Below, in pieces: positions 37,981 through 49,630 of a stretch of DNA of 64,000 nucleotides. Source of the stretch: Halocafeteria seosinensis (Eukaryota); the NCBI GenBank assembly GCA_001687465.1, contig LVLI01000278.1, positions 124,001 to 188,000 of the forward strand, read 5' to 3'. How positions within the stretch are numbered: the first letter of the stretch is position 1; every line of letters starts with the position of its first letter. The notes below the pieces were generated by a model. That model had not been told where the DNA came from. It saw only the letters and a program-made list of their open reading frames with translations, and made no database searches. The position numbers and the translations under genes were made by a program.

Positions 37981-40490
37981 ATGGTATTGCCTCTCTTTTC
38001 TCAATTACTTTGCATTATTGGAGTTTTCGCACTCCATGGATACGCTATCACAACTCCGCCTCCGGGAGTGTTCCCTCCGCGGCCGGCAAAAAGCAACACT
38101 AGCTTCCATGCTCAATACGACCCGCTGCTTCACCCCACGAGCCATTTCTACGTAAATGGAGCAAAGTACGTAGGCATAAACAGTGAGAGCTCGTCGCATT
38201 TGGGTTGATAGTTGTATGCACTCAATTTTTAATCCTTGTAGTGCAGACCTCCCGGTACTTTGTTGCTGGCGATGGTGATAAAGGATGAAGCAGACACCCT
38301 GGATCGGACACTTCCGAGATGGTACGAAGAACGGCAGCCATAAATCTTACGGTGTCTCTTGCGACAAAGAATATTATTGTGGTTTGCAGGGCTAAACTAA
38401 TTGATTACTGGGTAATTGGTGTCGACGATAATAACACGGACGGCAGTAGGAGTGTAAGTCACCGAGCGCTGTTACATTGCCACTCCCAACTACCCACGAA
38501 GGAGCATTCCTACAGGTGATAAATAAACATCTTGGATCCATACCAGGAGAAATTCTAACAGGTAATATTATATTTGTGGTACGCAAAGCGTGTGGGAAAC
38601 AAAGCTAACATTTTGATGCATTCCAGTTACTTTTGACGGCATGGGACCGACGTACACGAAGGTAGTCCAACATGGATGGTACAAGTTTCCACAAGTGAGG
38701 GCTGAAGTTTTGTGCTTTAGCTCCTGCTATAGCACTCTTTAGCGCTAGCTTTTGACTTGCAGGCTACGCATGGGATCATGGTGGATGCGGACTACGCTCC
38801 TTTAACGAAGAACTATGACAAGCGTCACCTCGACATTCATGCAGGGAAGCAACTGTTTCGCTTGTACCACCACAATTCACAAGGTGTCTCCCAATATCGG
38901 AAAATGGATTGGATTTATCGGTAGGTTGGTCGCATGTTCATGACTCTAATATGCTGATTGCCTAAGTACGAGCACGCCTCTCGACAGGAATACGCCAGGG
39001 ACGTTCGTCTGGAGGAGAACACACCAGTCAATTTACGTTCCACCTTTTGCTGGCGACAACGGCTACACAACTATCGCAGAATCGGAATTAGATGTGGAAG
39101 AAACAGGCCCAGGATATCAAGATAGAACTCTTTCTGTAGAGGGAAAGTTCTACCGATACAGAGACATGCTTCTTAAAGACCTTGAAGATATGCCGGGTGA
39201 CCCACGGACAATGTACTATCTAGGAGATTCTTACGAAGGTTAGACATTTTCTCCTTGTACCGGTAATCTGGAGCACGCTTAGCGCTGTGACTAGCTGCAG
39301 GCGCCTATGTTAACCGGCTTAAAGCCAATAAACTAAAAAACGGCGATGAATCGCTTTTATGGGAAGCGGTAAAATGGTACGAAGCAAGAACAGAAGTAAG
39401 TGTCTTTCTAACCAATTGAAGATTTTGAAGGACAGCTTGTATCTGAGAACAAGCTGCAGGTAGAAGGCTACTATGAACAACTGTATTTCACGTTTATCAA
39501 CCTAGGACGGATACACGAACGCTATCTAGAAAATATTCCTTTGGGAATGCAGTATTACAAGTTCGTTGTTTGGGCTCAGCTATTTCTATGACCGAGGACT
39601 TTACGATTCCGGTTTTGCGCTGTTTATTTTGCAGGAGAGCGTACTTAGTAGATCCGGAGAGAGCTGATGCCCCGTTTTATTTGGGTCAAAAGTACGCTCA
39701 ATTGGGAATGTATGGGAGGTCGTTGAAGCCGCTCTCCACTGCGGCTGAGTTGCCTATGCCTGTGCGGTCAGTGTTCCAGTGGGTTGAACTGTATGAATGC
39801 ATTTCTAAGGTAGACTTCGCCGACGCCACTGTCAAAGCCATTCAGCGGGGTGTCCTTGTAGAGCACAAACTGCGGGTATACGCCCAGAAAGCACTACATG
39901 GTCTAGAACAAGTGGTCGGTCCTGATAAGAATCTGTGCTATAACTTTCGCGATGTTAGCAGGGGGGAAAGCGCTGTGGCATTGAAACAGCAACTACTTGA
40001 ATACTTAGGAAAATATTCTGTGGAATGGGATACAGGCAATAAAGAAGAAACGCCCCAACCCCAGACATCGCCCGTGCGAGTGAGACCTTCAGCAATGCCA
40101 GAGTCTACTGTGGGTAGGGTTTCAACAGTTGCCGCCCCTAATGAGCTGGAAACTGTTAGCGAGTTGGTCCACTTGTGGCGCGACAGAATCCTAAAGCAAC
40201 GCGAGCATGTCCTACAAGAAGAAGAATTGAAAAAGGAGCTCATTGATAGTATTCGCACAATGGAAACTCTAATTGAAAAGAAGAATGATGTTTCCTGTCG
40301 TCGATATCGATTATCGTCAAAGCCTTACTTGAAATTCATAATAGGGAACCAGGACAACCTCTTCGTTCCGACGCAGTTAATGGAGGAGTTAGAGCAGTAC
40401 CATAAAACAATAGCCGGGAGTGAATGTTTCCCATACGACGTTCTTTCGGAACTCCGTTTACAACAGAATCCATCCGCAACTGTATCCTGA
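37981..40490 (+). CDS. GT2-like (GT-A fold) glycosyltransferase with TPR-like helical C-terminus and N-terminal signal peptide, paralog 1
   Basis: Spliced: LLLAMVIKDEADTLDRTL, IDYWVIGVDDNNTDGS, DxD in GIMVDAD, WIYR..RRTHQ, LLKDLEDMPGDPRTMYYLGDSY, DPERADAPFYLG. Hydrophobic N-terminus MVLPLFSQLLCIIGVFALHGYA. Confidence 0.8.
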
Positions 40491-40753
40491 ATGCAGAAAG
40501 TTGGGTTATGTGAACGTTGGTGTGCAGCAGCTTCCACGTTGCGACCGTGGCAATGCGAGCGTTGATTGATGACTCATCACGTTCCTTTTGTGCGTCTATA
40601 GACGCTTTAGCAGGCTTAATTATTGTATTGATAAGTGTATTAATGTTACTCTGTAGGAAATGCTAATTTGCTTCATCGTAAATTTTGTACGGCAGCTACA
40701 GCACCGAGGTACTGGTTGGTGAGGTGGCATGCTGCGCAGCTCTCACTTGCATA

Positions 40754-42710
40754 ATGCACGTATCATTGAGGTATTCACACTTTGGACGACTACGATGGAC
40801 TTTCATAATAGTGGGGTTGTGCTTGGCCCCGTTGGTTCCACTAACTGAGGGCATGGAAAGCTCCAGACACGATGCTTTAGACCCTCTAAAGCACCCACCA
40901 TCGACGTTCTACGTCAACGGGAAGAGGTAAGTGAGAGCGTAGCACGGCCATTTTGTAGTCGCAACTAGGGAACAAAGTATTTGACGACACAACTTTCTGC
41001 AGACCACCTGGGACATTATTGTTGACCATGGTAGTGAAAGATGAAGCAGAAACGTTGAATAAGACCCTACCGCGCTGGTAAGTAATGCCCAGCTTACTCC
41101 GCACTAACGATACCAAGAGGTTCAAATTCTTCAGGGCGAGTATCATAGACTACTATGTCATTGGTGTGGATGACAACAATACGGATAATACGGAGGAGGT
41201 GAGACTGTTGCGTGCATCCCGAAAGATTATTCTTGGTCTCGGAAACCTGCAGTGTGGAATTAAACACAGGTAATCAGAGAGCATCTTGGCGATTTTCCCG
41301 GTGATATTTTAAAGATCCATTTTGACGGAATGGGTCCCGCATATACGAAAGTGTTCAAACGAGGTTGGGAGTTGTTTCCGGAGGCAACCCACGGGATTAT
41401 GGCTGACGGAGACCATGCTCCGTTGACGGAGCACTACGATAAGCAAAATTTGGACGTCAGACTTTCGAAACAACTCTTTAAGCTCTACAGTAAAGGGGCA
41501 AAAGGAGTTTCTCAGTTTCGTATGATGGATTGGATATACAGGTATCGACGCTTCTGTTGCGCAAGGAGTCTACATTGATTGATTGGAACACCCGCTTTGC
41601 AGAAACTCCCCTGGAGCGTACGTTGCTCGTCGAACTCACCAAATACTTAAAGCGCCAAAGATTGTTGGTGATTTTCCCTACATGGATCATGCAAACTTGG
41701 AAATTGAGGAGACGGGACCAGGATACCAAGACAGAAAATTTTGTACGTCGTACGGATAGTCTTGCGACAGCAATATGTAGATCACAATTCCCTAGCTAGA
41801 TTGCAGCTGAATATGGAAAGTTCATGCGCTACATCGACTGGCTCTTGAAAGATTTGGAGGAACTACCAGATGATCCCAGAACTCTGTACTACCTGGGAGA
41901 TTCCTACAAAGGTACGAAAGTTCGCCGGGTTTACTCTGGGGAGTTTTAGAAACTACGAAAGACTACAATGCAGGAGCATTCATGGCCAAATACGAACAGG
42001 GAACTGCGACACAAGAAGATGAGTGGCTACTGCACGAATCTCTACGTTGGTATTTTAGGCGGTGGGAGGTACGATACTCACATTCTGTGGAAGAGCGTTT
42101 GTCATTAAGGGACGCAATCTGCAGGTAGGAGGAGGCTTTGAAGAGACGTATTTCACTCTGATTAAGCTGGGTGAGATCAACGAACGGTTCCTACGCAACA
42201 TTAAGCAGGGGCTTCAGTGGTACAGGTAAGTAGGCTACTTACTCTCCGCAACCAGTCATCTGCACAAGAGGCTATCGTTGCAGAGAAGCTTACAATTTCG
42301 ATCCCCAGCGTGCGGATGCCCTCTTCTACGTTGGGCAGAAGCTTACTCTACTTGGCAAGTTTGAAGGAGGGATGAAACCGCTGGCAACAGCTGCCAACTT
42401 GTCCACTCCTGATCGTCATCTGTTTCTGTGGGTGGAATTATATGAGTGTTTGACGAAGAGCATGTTTGCTTATACCGTGTCAATGGCTTCGAAACGAGGC
42501 TTAGTCAGAGAAGAAGAACTATTGGAGTACGCTGAGCTTGCTTTGTCCTTGGTGGATACCGCAGTCAATGAAGAGGGCCGTTGTCTGGTGCACAGAAATC
42601 AAGAAGAATACGATCGTGGAAAGCGTGCTCAAGACATTCTACGGAGATACCTTCACGAAGTCAAGTCTAAGGGGTATACTGACGTGCGACCGAAGGATGG
42701 TGGAGGTTGA
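40754..42710 (+). CDS. GT2-like glycosyltransferase-TPR, paralog 2 (3' end may extend to 42878 via one more short intron)
   Basis: LLLTMVVKDEAETLNKTL, IDYYVIGVDDNNTDNT, GIMADGD, RRTHQ, DPRTLYYLGDSY, DPQRADALFYVG; N-terminal hydrophobic segment. Confidence 0.8.
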
Positions 42711-43667
42711 GCCATTCCTGACGCACTCAGTACTACCGACTATACTGCAGCTTCCGTGGTTCAACGCCCGAGTGCTCCCCTCTCTGACTCAAGCACTTTA
42801 CGAAGCGATAGCACTCCGATGATCGGATGGCAAACGAAGGTTAATCCTCAAGGACGAGGGCCTCAGCGAGGGGCATAGTCGCATGTTGAAGCCAGGAAAG
42901 CGGCAGAAGTAGTTCCTCGTCAGTAGAGCACATGGAATCGGAAGACAACTTGTTACACCTACGGCTTCCTTCTTGGATGATTATGAACGTTACCTCCAGG
43001 AGGCATGTGCGATTTGGAAATCCAGCAATGTTATGATTGGCTGTCCTTGTTGGCTACATATGGGATATCAATTTCTCAGTACGTCACGTAGAAGTCTGCA
43101 GAATACTGTGCACCGCAAAGTGCTCACATGCATAGTTTACAGGCTCCATGTTCTCTGGATCTCGTAGTTTTTGGCCCTTCTTCTGATTCCGCACAATAAG
43201 ACATTCCGCGCACTCCGTAGAAAACTGTAGTCTCATGTCATCTCAGTATGCTGATGCCGAGTGAAGGGGCGCCCGTCCAGCTGAAATCGTGTGTCAGTTC
43301 GGAGGCATGAATGTACTGAACAAAATTTGCCAGTGACAAAGCAGTAGCTTACCAAATTTGACAAGAAGGACCGCCTTTATGGCGCTATTATCCAACATCT
43401 CAAATCCCACAACGCTGGCGCGACTTCCCTGACTTGACTTGTCGCCACTTTGACCTTCACAAATCCTAATATTCATTTACCATGGTATGTATTACATACA
43501 CAAGCATTGACGTGTTGATGGGCACCATATTTGTATGATGGATGAGAACGCTCTCCAATGCAGAGCTGTTGTACTCCATCTATTTTTGGGGCACTGGAGA
43601 CGAGGACTGCCGTGAAGACAAGATTTCTTACAAGTGCCGCATACACACTTCCACAGATATCCATACA

Positions 43668-45596
43668 ATGCACAAGTGGGTGAAATTATCCCTTTTGTGG
43701 ATAGCCACTTTGGTGGCACTGCTTCACGTGGAGGGCAGTATGGATGACGAGTACCACCGGGAGTGGAATCCACGAATCCATCCACCATCACATTTCTACG
43801 TCAATGGCGAGAGGTACGATGTGTTTATTATGTGGCTTTATGGGGTTGCAAAGTGCATGAGCGAGCCCTCGCGCTGCAGGCCACCGGGGACATTGCTCCT
43901 GGCAATGGTTGTGAAAAATGAAGCAGAAACTCTGAATAAAACTCTCCCCAGATGGTACGTTAGCAAGTGAGAACCGTGCATTACATACGAGGCGAAGGAC
44001 TCGCCATAAGGACTGAAATGCTGCTCAGGGCTAAGGCTATCGACTACTACGTGATTGGAGTGGATGACCACAATGAGGACGATACTTTACAAGTAAGAAC
44101 TCAGATGATGTTCGTGAGAAGTGACTGGTGTTATTGGCGGTAATGTACACGGCAGATCATTGCCGAGCGTCTCGACGGAATCCCCGGCGAAGCAATGAAT
44201 ATCACGTTTGATGGGATGGGACCAACTTACACCCAGGTCCTGCGCCGAGGGTGGGAACTTTTCCCAAAAGTAAGACTATTCACCTCGTCGAAACGGAAGG
44301 TGACTGCACTACTAATTAACTGTCTTTACAGGCGACCCATGGGATCATGGCTGATGCTGATTACGCACCGGTGAATCCAGATTTCGACAAGTACAGTCTA
44401 AATATTCATGCCAGTCAGCAAACATTCAAGTTACACAGCGACTGGTCCCAGCGGAGGACTCACTACAGGATGATGGATTGGATTTATCGGTAAGAAGGAC
44501 AAGGCTCTGGATAGCCTCCTTGTCAGAACCTCATCCCTTAGCGTATGTTGACCACAGAAATAGTCCAGATGTCCGTGTCGAAAGGAGAACTCATCAGACG
44601 ATGCTTGCGCCCGCTTTGGCTGGATCGGACACAAAGTCCATACTGCCTTCTGACCTGGTAGTGGAAGAAACTGGTCCAGGATACCAAGACAGAACTTTTG
44701 CTGTATCAGGGAAATTTTTTCGGTATTACGAGATGCTTTTGAAGGACCTGGATGATTATCCTAATGATCCACGCACTTTGTACTATCTGGGAGATTCTTG
44801 TGTGGGTGAGTGATTTCAAGTCATTCGTCAGATTCTGTGCGTACTTACGCGATTCCCATGCGACGTCAAAACAGGTGCCTACATGTGGAAGAGAGCGGAG
44901 GGTAACGCATCTACAGATGATGAGTGGCTCTTGGACGAAGCACACAAATTCTTCCAAAAAAGAATACAAGTATGGAGTATTTGAGTGCGAACGTTGTATC
45001 GCCCGTAGGACGCATATGTTATCCTTGCGTGCAGGTGAAAGGCTATTTCGAGGAGACATATTACGCATTCAACTATTTGGGTAAGATTTATCGCGAATTT
45101 TGGAAGAAGTACGATGACGCATTACACTATTACAAGTTAGTACCTTTGCTGCTCCATGTATATTCATCCTTGTTCACAAGATGCTCGTTGGTGGCTATCC
45201 AGGCAAGCCTACAAACTAGATCCACATCGAGTAGATGCGCTTGAACGTATCGCGGGACTCTACATTGATCAAGGCAAATATGAAGCAGCCCTTATTCCGT
45301 TAACAAAGGCTGTGGAACTGCCAATTCCCGAAAGGACATATTTGCAACATGTTGGCATGTACGAATGCCGCATTAAAGTTCTATACGCGGAAACAATCGC
45401 TAACTGCTTACGACGGGGGAAACTTAGTGAGTCCTACGTTGAATTTCTCATTGAAGATGCCCTCGAAAGGTTAAAAGATGTACCTCGGAAGTGTACATCC
45501 CACCGCGACTTCGCGTCTTACAATAAAGGTTTGGCTGCTCGGACAAAGCTTACGAGCTACGCTCAACAAGTCCAGCAAAGAGGGTATCAGCTCTAA
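43668..45596 (+). CDS. GT2-like glycosyltransferase-TPR, paralog 3
   Basis: Signal peptide MHKWVKLSLLWIATLVALLHVEG; LLLAMVVKNEAETLNKTL, IDYYVIGVDD, GIMADAD, RRTHQ, DPRTLYYLGDS, DPHRVDAL. Confidence 0.8.
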
Positions 45597-45729
45597 CGGG
45601 AAACGACAACGCTTGTTTAATTATGTTTTTAGGAAACCTAGTATTTCATTAACCATTTGATTATTAGACATGTAATTAATCAAACACGTTATGTCATCGC
45701 TAGGCCCTACCTACTAAGGCGCCGTCGTC

Positions 45730-47748
45730 TCAGTCACTACGGCTTTCTTCTTTTGGAAGTTCCCCGCATCCCACAATGACAGCACTCTGCGAGGGCTTCC
45801 CTTCATTCGTGCCGATCCTTTCCAGTTCACGGACGACATCCATTCCTTCAGTAACTTCCCCAAATACCATATGCTTCCCATCCAAGTGCGGCTGTAAGCA
45901 TCACAAAAATATATAATATGTAGTCCATTAATAGCACAGGATCTTGAAACCTGTCTTACCTGAGGTGCAAACGTGATAAAGAACTGGCTGCTGTTTGTGT
46001 TCGGCCCACGGTTGGCCATCGATAGTACTCCTTCTCGATCATGCTGCAAACACCACTCTGAAGTATTCCACACGCTCTCGGGTGACGACGGTAGGATTAC
46101 TTATCCTCTTACCTTCTCCTGGAAGTTTTCATCGTCGAATTGGTCCCCATAAATGCTCTTTCCACCAGTTCCATCTTGATTGGTGATATCCCCTCCTTGT
46201 GCCATAAAACCCGGAATGATTCTATGAAACGGGCAATTCTTGAACGTCAGTCCTTCCTCGTTGTCCCCTGTAGAACAACAGCAAAGAGGTGGAGCCCTCA
46301 ACGTGAGCATATAAGTATATCGACGTACCTGCGCACAACGACCTGAAATTTTCAGCTGTACGAGGCACAGTGTCAGAGAATAGCCTAAATGATATCCGTT
46401 TAGTTTCCCCCGACTGGCCTACTCGAACATCAAAATACGTCCTCGGCAAGGGGCCCGTGTGAGATATTACCCCACTCCGGTCTTCATACAGGGATACTTT
46501 ACCAAACAAGTTCCCGAAGGCTTTCTTCTCTTTCTTCTTGGCAGCGTTGATTTTCTTTGTAAGCTCTTCATACTCTTGACGGATCGCCTTATCGTTAGGT
46601 TTCGCTTTTGCTGCCTCGAGAATGTCAACCTTCGCATCTGGTAAGTCGCCGAGATGCATTGAAGCTACTCCGCGCCGAAATTTTGCTTTAATGTTATCAG
46701 GCTGAATCAGCAACGCTTCTTCTGCATTCTTTCTGGCCTCCCTATACTGTTGTAGTTTTATTTGGGCCATTGCTACATTCAAATGACACGACAGTTTTAG
46801 TTCATTCACTTTCTGACTTTGCTCATCGTCCAGTGGACTAGCAGTTCCCGAAGTAACTTCTTCCAGATGGCGGATAGCGTTGTTATAACTATTAACAGCA
46901 CCTTCTAAATTCTCTTTTATCTTGCTGTTACCATCTGTCTTCAGTTCTTCCGCTTTCTCTAAAATTTCGCTCGGGGTCATTTCCGAAGGCTGCACATGGA
47001 CAAGATACATAAGAATGTTAAGTTTTAACCCAACTTATGAACCCAACTGGGGACTTACATCTTTCTGTGGCGCTTCAAAATCGATAAGCTCCAAGTCGTA
47101 TGTGAGGGTAGCATTACCAGGTATCGACATGCTTTCTTTGTTGGCAACTCCAGTTTCCCCGTAGGCATATTCCGGCTTAGCCACTATGGTCGCTCGTTCT
47201 CCCTTTCTCATGGAGGCAAACGCGTGATCCAATGCTTTGATTACGGTATTACTCCCGAGAACAAACTGCGCACGACGTTAAAAAGTGCATACAACGTTGC
47301 ACATTTCGGATAGTGTTCGACGACAAGAAGATGTCACGTACCTCGTAAGGTTTATTACGGCTGCGCGAAGAATCGACTTCATGCCCATCCTCTAGTTTTC
47401 CCGTATAGTGGACTGCATCAGAGGAGAGCACAAGTGGTCAAAGGCGTTTAGCCGTGACAAAACCTTATACACAGTAATAAGACCAAATGTTCCAGAACAT
47501 GGAACATTCTGGTCCACGATCTCCCAAGATATTATTCGTGTCCCCGTACGACACTGATCTTATACGCCCCTAGGGCACAGCTAGACGCTGATTAATTGCG
47601 TTAGGGATGTTGAAAAGACCCTACATGGACGTAAACGGGACATACCAGTCAATCTATCGCCCTCATTCGGAAAGTCTCCATGTCCTTCCTGGAGCACTTT
47701 TTTCTGAACCCCTCCATCTTCTGTAATGTTAACGAATCCGTTCGACAT
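45730..47748 (-). CDS. Dual-family immunophilin FCBP: FKBP domain - TPR - cyclophilin domain, multi-exon
   Basis: [65 protein letters not shown]. Cyclophilin: [57 protein letters not shown] and cyclophilin N-terminus share one ORF (46222..47010). Confidence 0.92.
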
Positions 47749-48032
47749 TTTCACCGCTTCGTTTTATTCTACACTGAGTCCCGCAAGTACACTACCAAGA
47801 ATGAAGGTTCTAGTACATCCTGAAACTCATCAAATCTACGCGTATATCCAGGTGACTTTGACTTTGCGGCGCAAAGTTTTTGCCCTTTCACGGACCGGAC
47901 AATCTTTTCGCACATTTGTTATCAAGTACATTTCATTGTCCCCGATAGTTTTCATCATCATCATCACCATTCAATGATTGATACAAATTCGAGTGTATGT
48001 GAATCAGCTCATGAATCAGAGGAGGCGAAAGA

Positions 48033-49611
48033 ATGACTTCATTACGCCTGTGGCTGCGCCAGCTGGATGGCAGTGAATTCTGCATTCAAAGTGACTGCCA
48101 AACCACGATAAAAGAGCTTAAATGCATGATTGCCGTACGTATACGTGTTGAACGGTCCCTTCCCGTCCCCTCTCTTACGCACTTGGTTCTGTGGATGTGC
48201 AGGACAAATTTGCAACGACATGGAGCGATGCATCGGCTGACAAGATACACTTAATGCATTCAAGACATGAACTAGGAGATGATGAAACTATGGAATCAGC
48301 CAATTTACTGGATGATACGAGGATTATTTGCACCCTCGACAAAGGACAGAGTATCCCTTTGAACACCCCTCAACCTCAAGACTCGGAAATGAACCTCCTT
48401 GCAGGAGCTCATGCATCGGCATCGGCTTCGTCGCTGAAGAAAGATAGCTTCGCATATCAGCGTCGCCAGACTGACGACAACCCCATTCAAGAAATCGATT
48501 TGACCAATGATACCGAAATGTATGACTCTAAAGAAGAAGACGCAAAACTAGAAGAAGGTAAAGATGGTTCTACAGCAGATATCAATGGTAGTTTGTCGAC
48601 TTATCGGAGCCATATATCTACCGGCTTCGCCATATTACCTGAGGCGGCGACAACTCTGCAAAAGATGGCCGTGCCACATCCATCAATCAAAGGAAATCCT
48701 CGAAAAATTTTAAACACGTCGCAACTGCGGAAGCACATTGGAACCAGAAAAGCTTTAAATGTGGCTACGTATTGGGGAACGGTCCATCAATATCCGATTG
48801 AGCGTGTTCCTAACGACCTCAACCGAGTGAAGGAACTAGTTATCGTACGTTTGTCCGATATTACGAGAGACGAATGTCTGTCTCATTGTTGAATATGTAG
48901 TAGCTTCCGCAGAGAGATGATGGGAGGGGCGAATGTTCACAATCATTTGGTCTGATTCTGATTGCAAAGGACCAGGAACCGGACCTATTACATCTCGTAT
49001 ATGGTTACGTTGATGACACTGCAATACAGCTTGAGTACAACCAGGTAAGAGATGCAACCCTTTTTGGAACGTAAAATTGTATTGTTGGACTGTCAAACCT
49101 CAGGAAACTCTCAAAGGATTTTGTCCCTTCTGTAGCCGGAGGGGGTGCGTCTTTCAGCCGAGACCTCTATGCCAAGAATGCGAAAGTGAAGCTGTCATGA
49201 TGAAAAGAGATCCTCATCATCATTTCATTAGGATGGGGACCAAAGGGACGTTTGGTGATCTCATGAACGTCCGTGGGCAGTGCATGGTTCCTGATTGTAA
49301 ACACGATGGGCTCGTATGTTCTTCTAGTAGCCGTTCTGGACGCAACAGCTCATACATTACCTTGCTTGTTTGCAGTGTAAAGTAGGATTCGTGTGCAAAG
49401 GACCGATATCCGAAGGGAAGCAAGAACGATGCCCCTCTCGTTCTTCTACCTCTAACAAGGTCTGTGGTTGCTTACCAGCGGGGTACTCTACGATTCGATT
49501 AGCCATTACAGAAGTATTATACCCTTTCTGAATACAGTTTCAATGTGTATATCATGGATTGGGAAACTCAGACATGTTCGACACACTGTCAGAGCTATGG
49601 GGACGTTGCTG
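48033..49611 (+). CDS. Ubiquitin-like domain protein with a Parkin RING0-like zinc-binding domain (3' end uncertain, ~49500-49727)
   Basis: N-terminal Ubl pattern LRLWLRQLDG..TTIKELK..IHLMHSRHELGDDETM. Introns at ~48136-48202, 48845-48912, 49045-49103 and 49314-49375 lead in frame to GFCPFC..PRPLCQEC..AVMMKRDP..FGDLM..GQCMVPDC..GFVCKG. Confidence 0.6.
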
Positions 49612-49630
49612 AGTGGGGACGCATTGGCAG

